Positions 1-12,214 of a stretch of DNA of 64,000 bases are shown here, in pieces. Each line of letters opens with the position of its first letter. Positions within the stretch are counted from its first letter, which is position 1. The position numbers and the translations under genes are program-made. Origin of the DNA: Mustelus asterias (Eukaryota); assembly GCF_964213995.1 (NCBI RefSeq), contig NW_027590476.1:186001-250000 (forward strand), read 5' to 3'. The notes below the pieces were generated by a model. That model saw nothing but the letters and a program-made list of their open reading frames with translations, made no database searches and had not been told where the DNA came from.

Positions 1-705
1 GAGGGATCTAGGTGTATGTGTGCATAGATCCCTGAAAGTTGGGAATCAAGTAGAAAAGGTTGTTAAGAAGGCATATGGTGTCTTGGCGTTTATTGGTAGG
101 GGGATTGAATTTAGGAGTCGTAGCGTTATGTTGCAACTGTACACAACTCTGGTGCGGCCGCACTTGGAGTACTGTGTGCAGTTCTGGTCCCCACATTACA
201 GGAAGGATGTGGAGGCTTTGGAGAGGGTGCAGAGGAGGTTTACCAGGATGTTGCCTGGTATGGAGGGGAGATCCTATGAGGAGAGGCTGAGGGATTTGGG
301 ATTGTTTTCGCTGGAAAGGCGGCGGCTAAGAGGGGATCTTATTGAAACATATAAGATGATTAGAGGTTTAGATAGGGTGGATAGTGATAGCCTTTTTCCT
401 CTGATGGAGAAATCCAGCACGAGGGGGCATGGCTTTAAATTGAGGGGGGGTAGTTATAGAACCGATGTCAGGGGTAGGTTCTTTACCCAGAGGGTGGTGA
501 GGGATTGGAATGCCCTGCCAGCATCAGTTGTAAATGCGCCTAGTTTGGGGGCGTTTAAGAGATCCGTAGATAGGTTCATGGACGAAAAGAAATTGGTTTA
601 GGTTGGAGGGTCACAGTTTTTTTTTTAACTGGTCGGTGCAACATCGTGGGCCGAAGGGCCTGTTCTGCGCTGTAATGTTCTATGTTCTATGTTCTATGTT
701 CTATG
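1..705 (+). mobile_element. CR1-clade LINE 3' end (RT C-terminus, 3'UTR, (TTCTATG)n tail) in the IgH J-C intron
   Basis: ORF 20-601 with LVRPHLEYCVQFWSP...LERVQRRFTRM; microsatellite tail ~676-705. Confidence 0.95.
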
Positions 706-1229
706 AATGAAGAGACAACTTCTTCATCACAAAGTGCTGTCGTTTGAGAAATAGGTAGTGCTTGAAATAATGGAGAAAATCTTTACTCTTCTCTGTTATT
801 CCAATGAATGGTATGTCATTACGATGACATCAAAATGTTTTTTGTCTTTCCAATCTGATAGAGGTGGAGACAGTGATGTGAGTTTCTACAAAGATGGCGA
901 TTCCCAAATGATAGGAGTAACAGAAGCTCAAAGGTGTGCGTAGGTCTTAATCGGGAAATATTAACTTAAGTTTATTATTCTAGTCAAATTGTGACGTTGA
1001 AACATAAAAAATAGAAGCAGGAGGAGGCCATTCGGCCTTTTGACCCTGCTCTACCATTCACTTTGATCACGGCTCATCAATATCCTGACCCCGCCTACTA
1101 CCCATATCCACTGATCCCTTTAGCCCCAAGAGCTATACCTAATATAGAAACATACTTGTATAAATATGTTTGATTAATTAATAAATGCAGGTAAGAGTCT
1201 AACTTATTTAATCGACTATTCTTTCCCAG

Positions 1230-1529
1230 TGACACCGTCTCCGCCCACTCTCTACATCCTCGGTTCTTCCTGTCAGCAACACAACTCCGATGGCTCCAAC
1301 ATCTACGGCTGCGTGGCGATGGACTACTCTCCAGATGTCTCCAAACTGACCTGGAAGAAAAATGGGCAGCTGATCACCTCTGGATTTAAGACTTACCCGT
1401 CAGTGAGAAACGCGAAGGGAACCTATACCCTGAGCAGCCAGTTAACCATCACCCAGTCAGAGGGAGAGTGCAGCAAAATCAACTGTGAGGTTCGACACAG
1501 CGGCTCAGTCAAGAGCATTGTAATGCGAT
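1230..1529 (+). CDS. IGHM: IgM heavy chain CH1 exon
   Basis: ttcccag acceptor, t|gtaag donor, phase 1; TPSPPTLY...[10 protein letters not shown]...WKK...KTYPSV...[12 protein letters not shown]...C, typical shark mu CH1. Confidence 0.95.
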
Positions 1530-1674
1530 GTAAGTGTTGTGGAACTTGGGCAAGACAGGAACTCGCCGATTGAACTATATAAGGCCTTAATTATAACTGA
1601 TCTGTAGCATTCTGAAAAAAATGAATTATGCAAAATCCAGGTAAGTGCCTACTGACTGAAAAGTTGCTCAGAAT

Positions 1675-2420
1675 CAAAGAACAACAGAAATGTTACTGTG
1701 CAGAATGAGGCCATTTAACCCATCATGTCTGTGCTGGCCAAAAGGGAGAACAAATAAACTAGCCAGACAAGTTAAGCCTATTTTCCAGCCCTTGCTCTGT
1801 AGCATTGCAGGTTAAAGCACTTGAGATGCAGACCCAGATACCTTTTAAATGACCATGCTCCCTGGTAATTGAGCCCTCCACTTGGGGAATGAATTATTTC
1901 AGCCTATGTCCCTTATAATTCTGTGAACCACAATTATGTCACGCCTCAGCCTCCTCTTTTCCTAAAGAGAACAAACCCTGCCTATCCAATCTCGCCTCAT
2001 GGCTGCAATTTTCAGTCCCTGGCAACATTCTTGTAAACCTCATCTCTCTCCAGAGTCATTACGTTATTCCTGCAACGTGGTGACCAGAACTGTACAGCAA
2101 ACTCCAAACGTGGCCTAACTCGGTTTTATACAGCTCCATCATTGTATCACTGTTTTTGTATTCAATATCTCACAATAATAGAGGAACTAATCCGATATGC
2201 TTTCTTGGTCAACTTTTCCAGCTGCCCTACCATCTACAAGGACCTGTGGACGTGCACTCTAAGGTCTTGCATTTCCTCAATCCCTTTTAACATTCCAGTT
2301 TATTGCCTTGCTTTTTTTTCCCTCCCCAAATGCATTGTGTGGCACTTTTGACGGTTGAATTCCATTCGCCATTTCCCTGCCAATTCAACCAAACCATGGA
2401 TATAATTCTCAAATCGGCAG
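1675..2420 (-). mobile_element. Degenerate CR1 LINE in CH1-CH2 intron
   Basis: Reverse complement of CR1 RT end (gtggtgaccagaactgtac etc.) with tail near 1680. Confidence 0.8.
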
Positions 2421-2502
2421 CTATGGTGCTAAAATAAAAGAACTAAATTTAATTGGTGTCAATTGAATCTTCAAGTAACGTCTGAACATTTGTTTGTTGA
2501 AG

Positions 2503-2814
2503 GCCCACCCGTTCTCCCCCCAACCGTTATCCTCACCGTGAGTTCCAGTGAAGAAATCACCAGCAGAAAATTTGCAACCATCGTCTGTTCAATCATCGAT
2601 TTCCAGCCAAAGTCAATGACGGTGAAGTGGCTGAAGAATGGACAACCCATGGATTCAGGAATTGTCACCTCTCCCGCCTGTGAAGTGAATGGGAACTTCT
2701 CGACCAGCAGTCGGTTGACAGTCTCCGCTCAGGAATGGTTCAGCAAAGCGGTCTACACCTGCCAGGTCACTCATCAAGGATTCACTCAGAGTCAGAACAT
2801 CAGCGGATCTCTGG
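2503..2814 (+). CDS. IGHM: IgM CH2 exon
   Basis: gaag acceptor, g|gtaag donor, phase 1; PPTVILT...[12 protein letters not shown]...WLKNG...YTCQVTH. Confidence 0.95.
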
Positions 2815-2974
2815 GTAAGAGACTCAAACCGAGAAAAAAATTATTCCGCTGTTAATCGAAATTAGGGATCTATTAAAGTTAATACAAAGCATAGAACAAC
2901 TTCTAAGTTATTGTCATGTAGTTTGCTGCATTGGGACAGTGCCCCATTCAGAACTTCATCACAACATCAATTTT

Positions 2975-3290
2975 TGTTATTCCTTCATGAGATGTGCATT
3001 TGTGGCCCATCCCGGAGGCCACTTAAGTGTCAACCACGTTACTGTGGATCTGGAGTCACATGCATGCCAGGCCAGATAAAGACAACAGATTTACTTTTCT
3101 AAACGGCATTCGTGAACCAGGTGGGTTTTTACAACAACGGCTTCATGATGATCATTTGACTTTTAATGATAGATTTTTACTAAATTCAAATTTCACCATC
3201 TGCAGTGGTGAGATTCTAATCTGTGTCCCCAGAGTCGTGCCCTGGGTTACAAGACCATTGGTAACACCACCATGCCACTGCCTCCCCTTG
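2975..3290 (-). mobile_element. SINE, probably Deu-domain (SacSINE1-like); related pieces at ~13140-13430 and ~24035-24455
   Basis: Shared core gagtcacatg...ccaga...ggcagattt...gtgaacca among copies. Confidence 0.55.
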
Positions 3291-3731
3291 AAATAGTGTT
3301 CCCTTCCATTTTGAAGTAACATAGTGAGCGAGGTGGTCTTGATGTCAGCTTTTTCCTGAGACAGCCGGTAAGATTTGGAGAGACAGTAGGTGTCGGACTG
3401 TTTCACAGGTCACAGCATAGGGGTAAAATATTGGGAAGTGTATCCACCCTACTTATAAACTAACTGCCAGTACTTGGTTCCTGAGTTCAGGAATGCTATA
3501 TTTGTTGGGGAATACTGCAATGTTGATTCATGAGAATGATACCGCTGCTAAAATACTTGAACAAAAAGAGAATAATTTCACAGAGCAGGCTGGTTTTCCA
3601 TCCTCCATAGAGGCTGAAAGGTGATAGTTAGAGGTTGATATATCGAAGGCAACTTCGTCTCCTTCAGGCTGAAGACTGCTGTCCTGCTTCTGAAGAGGGA
3701 ACTAGGGTTGATTTTCATTTTTCATTCACAG

Positions 3732-4040
3732 ATACTCCCCAGTGCCCTGATACCACAGTGACGATACAGCCCCCGCCAATAGAACAGGTCTTATTGGAGG
3801 CGACCGTGACCTTAACCTGCATCATTTCTCATGCTCCCTATGGAGTCAATGTGTCCTGGATCCGAGACAGGAAGTATTTGAAATCAGAGATTGCCGAAAA
3901 GCCAGGAGCGGATCCTGACAGCGTGGTCAGCAACTTAAACGTCTCGACACAAGCCTGGCTGAGTGCGGCTGTGTTTGACTGCGTGGTGAGCCATCAGGAT
4001 CTGCCGACTCCTTTAAGAAAATCCATCCACAAGGAAACAG
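3732..4040 (+). CDS. IGHM: IgM CH3 exon
   Basis: ttcacag acceptor, g|gtgag donor; [17 protein letters not shown]...VNVSW...[13 protein letters not shown]. Confidence 0.95.
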
Positions 4041-4533
4041 GTGAGCTGAGAGATTGAAGCAATAAATGCGTCACTGTGTCTATTTCCAGTGTCAGTGAAC
4101 TGGTCAATATTCAGTATTCAGTGCATTAATGGTGTCCCCTGAGTGGAAACTCTACTAACTAAAAACTGGGAGGTGTAGATATTTTTACGGGGAAATTTGA
4201 TGTGTTGATGAATGAAAAGTGAACTGAAGGCGATGTTATTGGGTTTAGATCGAATAACGAGGGAGGAGCCTGATGTGGAGCATGAAAACCAAAAATAAAG
4301 CCGATCAGTTGGGCCGAATAGCCTGATTCTGTGCTGTAAAATTTCTGAAACTTCCCAGTCCAGCCCCCTGAGTTATTTGATAAAATAATTGTGTTCACCT
4401 CTGCTCCAAACTGGAAGTCAAAAATGGAAACATTGAAAATCGAAACGAAGCACATTTTTCTGATATCTAGCCAGCAGTTTCATTGTCTCCAGAATTCTCC
4501 AGTTTATTGACATTTATTGTACATTTTCTGCAG

Positions 4534-4925
4534 ATCCAAATCCGCGGGAACCGTTCGTCTCTGTCCTCTTGCCCTCGGCAGAAGAAGTCTCCGCTCAGAG
4601 ATTCGTCTCCCTCAGCTGCTTAGTGAGACGTTTCTCCCCTCGAGAGATCTTCGTCAAGTGGACCGTCAACGACAAGCCGGTGAATCCTGGGAACTATAAG
4701 AACACCGAGGTGGTCGCGGAGAGCGGGAATAGCTCCTTCTTCATGTACAGCCTGTTATCCATTGCAGCAGAGGAATGGTCCAGCGGCGCTTCTTACTCCT
4801 GTGTGGTGGGACATGAAGCCATCCCCTTGAAGATCATCAACAGAACAGTTGACAAATCCAGCGGTAAACCCAGTTTTGTGAACATTTCCCTTGCACTGAT
4901 GGACACCGTTAATTCATGTCAATGA
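4534..4925 (+). CDS. IGHM: IgM CH4 exon plus secretory tail (internal donor for the membrane form after 4863)
   Basis: ctgcag acceptor; [17 protein letters not shown]...[11 protein letters not shown]; tail [20 protein letters not shown] with N-glycan site and penultimate Cys; G|GTAAA donor. Confidence 0.97.
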
Positions 4926-4952
4926 GAATCACTCGGTTACATTAAAAACTTC

Positions 4953-4967
4953 AATAAAAATAATAAA
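4953..4967 (+). terminator. Poly(A) signals of the secreted form
   Basis: AATAAA at 4953-4958 and 4962-4967, ~30 nt after the stop, with T-rich sequence downstream. Confidence 0.85.
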
Positions 4968-6569
4968 ATCGTTTTCCTCCAACGATAAATGAAATACCCA
5001 ATAGCTTAATTGATTGGTTTTCAATTTTACTTCCACTATGTATCTTTGGTTTGAGTCAGGTATTTCCACGTCTCGGGCTCAAGCCTTGTTGAACCAGTGC
5101 ACCCAGCTCAGATACACCCTGGGTTAGAGGCAGAGTAGAGCACATTCATTCCAGTATTCTGCAAAATATCTTCACCGACTTTCCTCCCACTGAGGAGAAA
5201 TCCGACAATTTCAACATTTCTGACAAACAAACACAATTTAGATCTCGGTGTTCCTGCTTCTCTCATTGTCCATGCCTTTACCATTGATGTCAGCTTTAAG
5301 CTGCTGCACCACACCCACTGGGAACTGAAGTGAGGGTCACACACAAACATGGAGCAACAATCCCCCCCATCAGAGAGAGGGGAGAGTGAAATTGTGAACA
5401 TACCGGATTCCTACTCACCCAACAAAGAGAGGGGAGGAGCAGTAGCTAACCCATGTACCATCACTTCCTCAATGAAAAGAGGAGGCATGTCATTATTTAA
5501 TCCACTCACCTCCACCTCGTCAGTGGTTAGAACCATCAGGCACATTGCTTCACCGGGTAGAGAGAGGGAAATTATGAGCTCACTCTCCTCCCTCTTCGCA
5601 AGTAACGTGTTTGGAAGGGACCAGCTCTCTACTAGAAGAACCCAGTTGCCAACAGTACAAATTAGCTTCTGGCTTATTTGCTGCAGAGTTTGAAGTATCA
5701 TTATCCTAATCAATGTGATGCATATATACTTATGCAACATAATTTTAAAATGTTTCTGCACTCTTGTTCCTGTTAATCATGTCCTGGCATTGATTTCCCA
5801 TAATGCAAATTGAAACAAATGATTGAATCTTCCCCGGTTTTCACTGTTCTGTCCCTGATGTTTCCGAGATGCATCAATGAATGATTTCATTCGTTCTCCT
5901 GATATCTCCGTGCCACTCACATAAACTACATTCGTACAGCAAAACATTGAAAATATGCTCCATTATTCGTATTGTTTGGATCATTTTCAGTTAATGATTG
6001 CGGTGAAACTTGGAGCAACAGCTAAAAAATACACACACTGACAATACTCCACAAAACTGTCACAATTATAAATACACACATAAGCGCACACACACACACT
6101 CACACACATACACACACACACATCGACACAAATGCACAACTACACACACAAATACACATACTCACACATATGCACACAAATACAGAAAGACACATGTAAA
6201 TATACACACGCAAACGCATGCACATACCCCCACACACATACATATACAGAAATAGGGACAGGCACATTCAAATACAGACACAGAAACACACAAATACACA
6301 ACAGATACACTTTCACACACCATAGGTACACTCAATATTTGCACAGACGAACACACATGCAGAGAAACAAGAATGCACACACAAATGCACTCATGGGCAA
6401 AACATGCACAAACAAAAATACACACTTACACAAATACACCCACACAAAAATACACCCAGACACAAACACATCCGTACACAAATATACATAGGGACACACC
6501 CATTCTCTCTCTCTCTTTCTCTCTCACACACACACACATACACACGCACACACACACACACACACACAT

Positions 6570-6975
6570 AAGAACATAAGAAATAGGAGCAGGAGTAGGC
6601 CATCTGGCCCTTCGAGCCTGCCCCGCCATTCAACAAGATCATGGCTGATCTGAAGCGAATCAGTTCCACTTGCCCGCCTGCTCCCCATATCCCCTAATTC
6701 CCTTATCGATCAGAAAACTATCTACCCGTGATTTAAGCATATTCAACGAGGAAGCCTCCACCACTTCAATGGGCAGAGAATTCCAGAGATTCACTACCCT
6801 CTGAGAGAAGAAGTTCCCCCTCAACTCTGTTCTGAACCGGCCCCCCCTTATTTTGAGGCTGTGCCCTGTAGTTCTGGTTTCCCTTCTAAGTGGAAAGAAT
6901 CTCGCCACCTCTACCCTATCCAGCCCCTTCATTATCTTATATGTCTCTATAAGATCACCCCTCATCCTTCTAAAC
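6570..6975 (-). mobile_element. 5'-truncated CR1 LINE
   Basis: RRMRGDLIETYKIMKGLDRV...FFSQRVVNLWNSLP; tail at 6570. Confidence 0.93.
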
Positions 6976-7558
6976 TCACATACGAACACATAGACACGCG
7001 CTCTTGCACAAACAGACACTAAAACAACAACATACACACACATAATCAAATATGTACAAACGCACACATGTACACATGAAACACACAAGTACATACACAT
7101 ACACATACGTGAGTAGGTACAGACCCAAACACAAACACATACATGCATAGACACAATACAGACAGATACACACGCATGCAGACCCACATAAATACACAAG
7201 CACATACTTAGACTCAAATAAATACATATATTAGCACACGTTCACGCTGATAGGAATATAGATATAAAGACACACAATGTTATACACATTCACAAACATA
7301 TTTGGAAATACATATAAACAAATCACCAGACTGCATACAGAAGAACAGACAGCAAAACATTTACACACAAACATGTAGACGCAAACATTAACATGCTCAT
7401 AGAACAGAACACCATAGCACACATTACTACACATCGAAACACAAATATACATCAACGCACCGTTATAAAGAATGTCAACACGTGTATACATACACTGACA
7501 TGTTAACAGGCGTGCACACAGACACATGGAGAAACAGACGCACACAGAAAGGGAAACA

Positions 7559-7683
7559 GTAAGTAGTCACCTGATGATGGGGCAACGCTCCGAAAGCTCG
7601 TGCAACCAAATAAACCTGTTGGACTTTAACCTGGTGTTGTGAGACTACTTACTGTGCCGACCCCAGTCCAACGCCGGCAACTC
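7559..7683 (+). mobile_element. Penelope-like terminal repeat fragment with 16-bp flanking direct repeat
   Basis: Matches the 3' repeat of the GIY-YIG element at 32152-32776; cacagaaagggaaaca at 7543-7558 and 7684-7699. Confidence 0.85.
7568..7602 (+). ncRNA. Minimal type I hammerhead ribozyme motif
   Basis: cac-CTGATGA-t-ggggc-aac-gctcc-GAA-agct-C-gtg: intact core, stem I cac/gtg, stem II, palindromic stem III AGCT. Confidence 0.75.
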
Positions 7684-8553
7684 CACAGAAAGGGAAACAA
7701 ACATTACTAGAGTGACAGAAATTAACACAGAGCAATAGGCATAAACACATGTGCACGCAGAATGGCATTAATATATATTCATAGACTTCACACAATAATA
7801 GAGTCATATATACACAATGACAAAAGAATAAAATATGCGCACAGATGCAGACACACAACTACACAAATCAACAATCACAGGCAAATGTACGCGCACATTA
7901 ACACTCATAATCACATATTAACTCAGAGCCAAAGATTAATGCAGAGCACGAGATGCTCATGCATACGCACACAAATGCAAAATCTTCAATACAAACGGTA
8001 GGCAAATGATGAAAGTACAATTTAAACGTGAATTTTAATGGAGATATCCACAGATTTATTCTCCCAATGTACAATGAACAGATAAACACGCTGAGAAACT
8101 GAATTAAGCTCACGATCTACTAAACATTTCCACCATAAAGAAGCACAGATCGGAAATTACATCCCAACTCTTAACCAACAACATTCACAGTTTACAGATC
8201 AGTAACCATCTGTGAAAACAATCATTGATCAGTGAACGTTCCTCGATATCAGTGATAATACTCTTCAATAAGGGATAGTTCCGAATTGTCAAAAAATCAA
8301 CTGATTTTCAAGAAAACATCTTCAGTGCTTTCTGACATGGACTGTCCAAGGAATGTCAATAAAGATCAGGTGTGAAAATAGTTACGGAGATCGGTTACTG
8401 AGTGTCCTGAGCTTAAGAGTAGGTATACATTGAAAATTAAGTTCAAGAATAAATGATCAGTTTAAAAAGGAGAACTGGGAAAAGAAAAATAACAATAACA
8501 TTAGCTGGATAAATAAAGTAATCTAATTTCATATCCTGGTCTCCATCCCCTAG

Positions 8554-8681
8554 ACTCAACCGACCGCATCTGGATTGAAGACAATGAGGATGATAACAGT
8601 AACATCTGGACAACGGCTTCCACATTCATTGTCCTGTTCTTCCTGAGCATTTTCTACAGCACTGCAGTCACTCTGGTGAAG
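8554..8681 (+). CDS. IGHM: IgM TM1 exon
   Basis: ccctag acceptor, aag|gtgaga donor; [43 protein letters not shown] (CART motif); absent from the ORF track. Confidence 0.95.
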
Positions 8682-8817
8682 GTGAGATGATTGAATGCAC
8701 TCACATATCAAACTGACAGAATGGATTTGAAAAATCTCTCAATGTTCCATTAAAAACTCTAACTTTAATGTCCCGCATCATAAACATCTGCTTCATTATT
8801 GTATCTTTCTTTTACAG

Positions 8818-8826
8818 ATCAAGTGA
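8818..8826 (+). CDS. IGHM: IgM TM2 exon coding part (IK*)
   Basis: tctttcttttacag|ATC AAG TGA; candidate AATAAA at 9274-9279. Confidence 0.85.
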   Translation: MK

Positions 8827-9451
8827 TGGGTTGAATTTTGGATGCTGCAGATTTCCCTCAGCTGATTATTATGATCTCCGTATGACACAAATACAATATC
8901 TGCCCTTGGTGACTCTATCAGTAAAATTCTCTCAGTTTATCATTCTGAATCTGTAACTGAGACAATCATAGACGGTATTTTTTTCAGAGTGAAAAGTACG
9001 AGGCATTTTTTGTTATAATGTAATTGTGGTTAACAATTTCCCCATAGTTTAAATATCATGTATAAATAAGAAACTTTTCTCATTCCTTATCCATATTTGT
9101 TAATTCCTCTTTCTATTAAGGTCCTGTTTTCTCTTTCTGGTGTATGTAACAGATGTACAAATATTGACGGATTCCCTGTGCATGTGTTGTGTTCTCAATG
9201 TGAAGCTCGATCGTTAAATTCACTTTTCTAACTTTAAAAAATAATGTCGCTGTAAAATATTCTGACTTTTTAAAATAAATATTGAATGAAAATTTAACCA
9301 TCTCTAGCTTGGCTTAATTCCGTTTTCCAAAGCCCATCAACTCCGCCCCATATTCCATATTATACGGTTTCCCCTCTTTCCCAGACATGTCTGTTCCCCA
9401 GTTCTGTGCGGGATGTGTTTGAACTCAAGGCCGTTCAGTGAAAGAGTCACT

Positions 9452-9465
9452 GCGCCACCCAGTGG
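9452..9465 (-). promoter_or_regulatory. CTCF-like motif pointing back toward IgM
   Basis: Reverse complement reads CCACTGGGTGGCGC. Confidence 0.6.
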
Positions 9466-10164
9466 CCCATCCGTATAAAGACACCTTCATCTCTGCCTTT
9501 TTATGATAAAATCCAGAGACAGAGCGAGTGAAGAATGAGGAGAACCTCGGTGATTTCACTCATAAACTGGTCTGTCACTGACCGAGTTTCAGTTAATTCT
9601 AAAAAGCAAAGGCTCTGTTTCATCAGAGGCCGATGCAGGACAGTGTGTGGCAGAAGATAGTTTCCTTTACACTGCCCCTTAAAAAAACTATCAGTGTCGC
9701 TGCAGCGTGTGAATCTCTCTATATTTCGTCCGATGAAATACTTACAAGGCAGACATGCCACAAGCTAGATAGAGAACACATACAGAGCAGAGGTGCAAAC
9801 CATGAGGTGAAACCAAGAGACTGAGGTGCATTTCACATAAGCACATAATAGATTACAAATTTCCAAATTAAGGCGAGTGCTATGGGATCATTTGACTACA
9901 GACAATATAAAACAATATAATTTAATTACAGACAATATAAAACTCACGTGGCAGATATCTCTGTGTAAGGACGGAACATTTATTTAAAACAAAAAACAGA
10001 ACAACAGACTTTAACCTGGTGTTGTTAAACTTCTTACTGTGTTTACCCCAGTCCAACGCCGGCATCTCCACATCATGACTACCATCGATCAGAAGGGTAA
10101 ACAGCAGCACAGTCTCTGCCCAAAGGCTTCCCCAGTTCTGCTGCACAGACTGGGAACCTCTTCA

Positions 10165-10590
10165 AATATAAATGTTTTTGATTTGATTTATTATTGTCAC
10201 ATGTATTAGTATACAATGAAAAGTATTGTTTCTTGCACGCTATACAGACAAAGCATGTCATTCATAGAGAAGGAAATGAGAGAGTGTAGAATGTAGGGTT
10301 AGTCATAGCTAGGGTGTAGACAAAGATCAACTTAATGCAAGGTAAGTTCATTCAAAAGTCTGACAGCAGCAGAGAAGAAGCTGTTTTTGAGTCAGTTGGT
10401 ATGTGACCTCAGACTTTTGTATCCTTTTCCCGACGGAAGAAGGTGGAAGAGAGAATGTCTGGGGTGCGTGGAGTCCTTAATTATGCTGGCTGCTTTGCCA
10501 AGGCAGCGGGAAGTGTAGACAGAGTCAATGGTTTGAGTGATGGATTGGGCTACATTCACAAACTTTTGTAGTTTCTTGCGGTCTTCAGCT
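10165..10590 (-). mobile_element. Rex1/Babar LINE 3' end
   Basis: DRKKLQKFVNVAQSI...RCLGKAASIIKDSTHPRHSLFHLLPSGKGYKSL. Confidence 0.8.
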
Positions 10591-11307
10591 TCTCGCATTC
10601 ACCGCCATTCATTCATCCCTCCCTCTATCCATCCCTCCCGACAATAAGAACCATTCACTCTGCACAGCACTTTCAGCCTCATTCCCCCAGTCATTATTCC
10701 AGCCTTTATCACATCCACCCTGCTTTCAGACACTTTATACCATTAGATATTACAATTCAAATTTTATAATCTCTCCAATTTAATATTCAGGGAGATAGAC
10801 AGCAGACAAATCATCAATTCCACTCCCACACGGAGCTATGGGATAAATTTATACATTTTCTAATTTCACATTAAAACCCACACACCGAGCCTCAGATTTG
10901 CTTCTGTTATTATTTTAGTGCCCAGCAAATTATTTGGACTGAAATTGACATCAACCTTTCGTGGTCTCAATCTGTCTCTGTGTTTGTGAGAGTGGGTGTG
11001 ATAGTGTGTGTGTATATTTGTGTAAGTCAGAGTGTTTTTTTGTCCACATGTCTGTGTGTGTGAGTTTGTCTGTGTCTCTCTGAGAGTGTATATCTGTGAA
11101 TGTGTTTGTGTATCTGTGAGTTCGCCTATAGCTGTTTCTGAGATTGGTTTCAATTCTCTAAATAGGTTCGACTGCGTTAATATAAAAATAATAGGAACAA
11201 TAAAAATACAGCAGCACAATCCTCCAACGTTTCTAAGTTTGAATAAGATCCTTCAGTAGTCTGAGGATTCAGTGATCTCCCAGGCAGAGGCCATTTACCA
11301 CCCATCG

Positions 11308-11321
11308 CCACTAGAGGGAGC
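11308..11321 (+). promoter_or_regulatory. CTCF-like motif pointing toward the ZNF cluster
   Basis: CCACTAGAGGGAGC. Confidence 0.6.
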
Positions 11322-11814
11322 TCCCTCACTGTGTCTGTGTGTTCACTGCAGCAGGAGGTGGGCGGAATGAAGGAATCTTGTGTTACTGTCAATCTTTTCA
11401 TGTTTAAAAGATGTTTTTGTTAAAAGCTAATGGGCCATCCTGTGACTCTGTTCATCCACATTTCTAAAACAAAAAGGTAAATGTTATGGTCAATTGAGCC
11501 AGCGTCTTATTCTGGAACCTTCCTGTCCAGTAGTAACACCAGCTGGGATTGTGACGCTCTCCATCTCCTCTTAGCAGCTCATCCTGTCCAGGAAACCCAC
11601 CTTCTGTTTTCCCAATTCCCACTAAACTGCTTTTAGATTTGAGTGAGTTTGTATAAAATAGATAAAGGTGGAGATTCAAGATATGTAACAAGTGAATAAG
11701 GCACAAGATTCCACAGATACTGAATAAAAATAAACTTTCCTATACAAGGTCAGAAAGGTAAAACAATTTACAATATGTGGAAGGTAAAACGTTCAAGGAC
11801 TTTAGAGAGGAAAG

Positions 11815-12214
11815 GGAGATAGAGTCATAGAGGTTTACAGCATGGAAACAGGCCCTTCGGCCCAACTTGTCCATGCCGCCCTTATTTTTTTTTAAACTCC
11901 TAAGCTAATCCCAATTGCCCGCATTTGGCCCATATCCCTCTATACCCATCGTACCCATATAACTATTTAAATGCTTTTTAAAAGATAAAATTGTACCCGC
12001 CTCTACTACTACCTCTGGCAGCTTGTTCCAGTCACTCACCACCCTCTGTGCGAAATAATTGCTCCTCTGGACACTTTTGTATCTCTCCCCTCCCACCTTA
12101 AACCTATGCCCTCTAGTTTTAGACTCCCCTACCTGTGGGAAAAGATATTGACTATCTACCTTGTATATGCCCCTCATTATTTTTTTGACCTCTATAAGGT
12201 CACCCCTCAGCCTC
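11815..12214 (-). mobile_element. 5'-truncated CR1 abutting the last finger of ZNF-A
   Basis: RLRGDLIEV...QRVVSDWNKLP in ORF 11905-12285. Confidence 0.92.

Larger units (their letters stand above)
6030..8000. repeat. Degenerate (CA)-rich tract, interrupted by CR1 and PLE insertions
   Basis: CA/TA low complexity; explains the HT/CV-rich ORFs. Confidence 0.9.

Noticed and set aside
1-1229. JH segment or RSS upstream of CH1
   Set aside because: No WGxG J motif or heptamer-nonamer pair seen; the region is CR1 and intron
6010-8001. His/Thr- and Cys/Val-rich ORFs
   Set aside because: Translation of CA/TG low-complexity sequence
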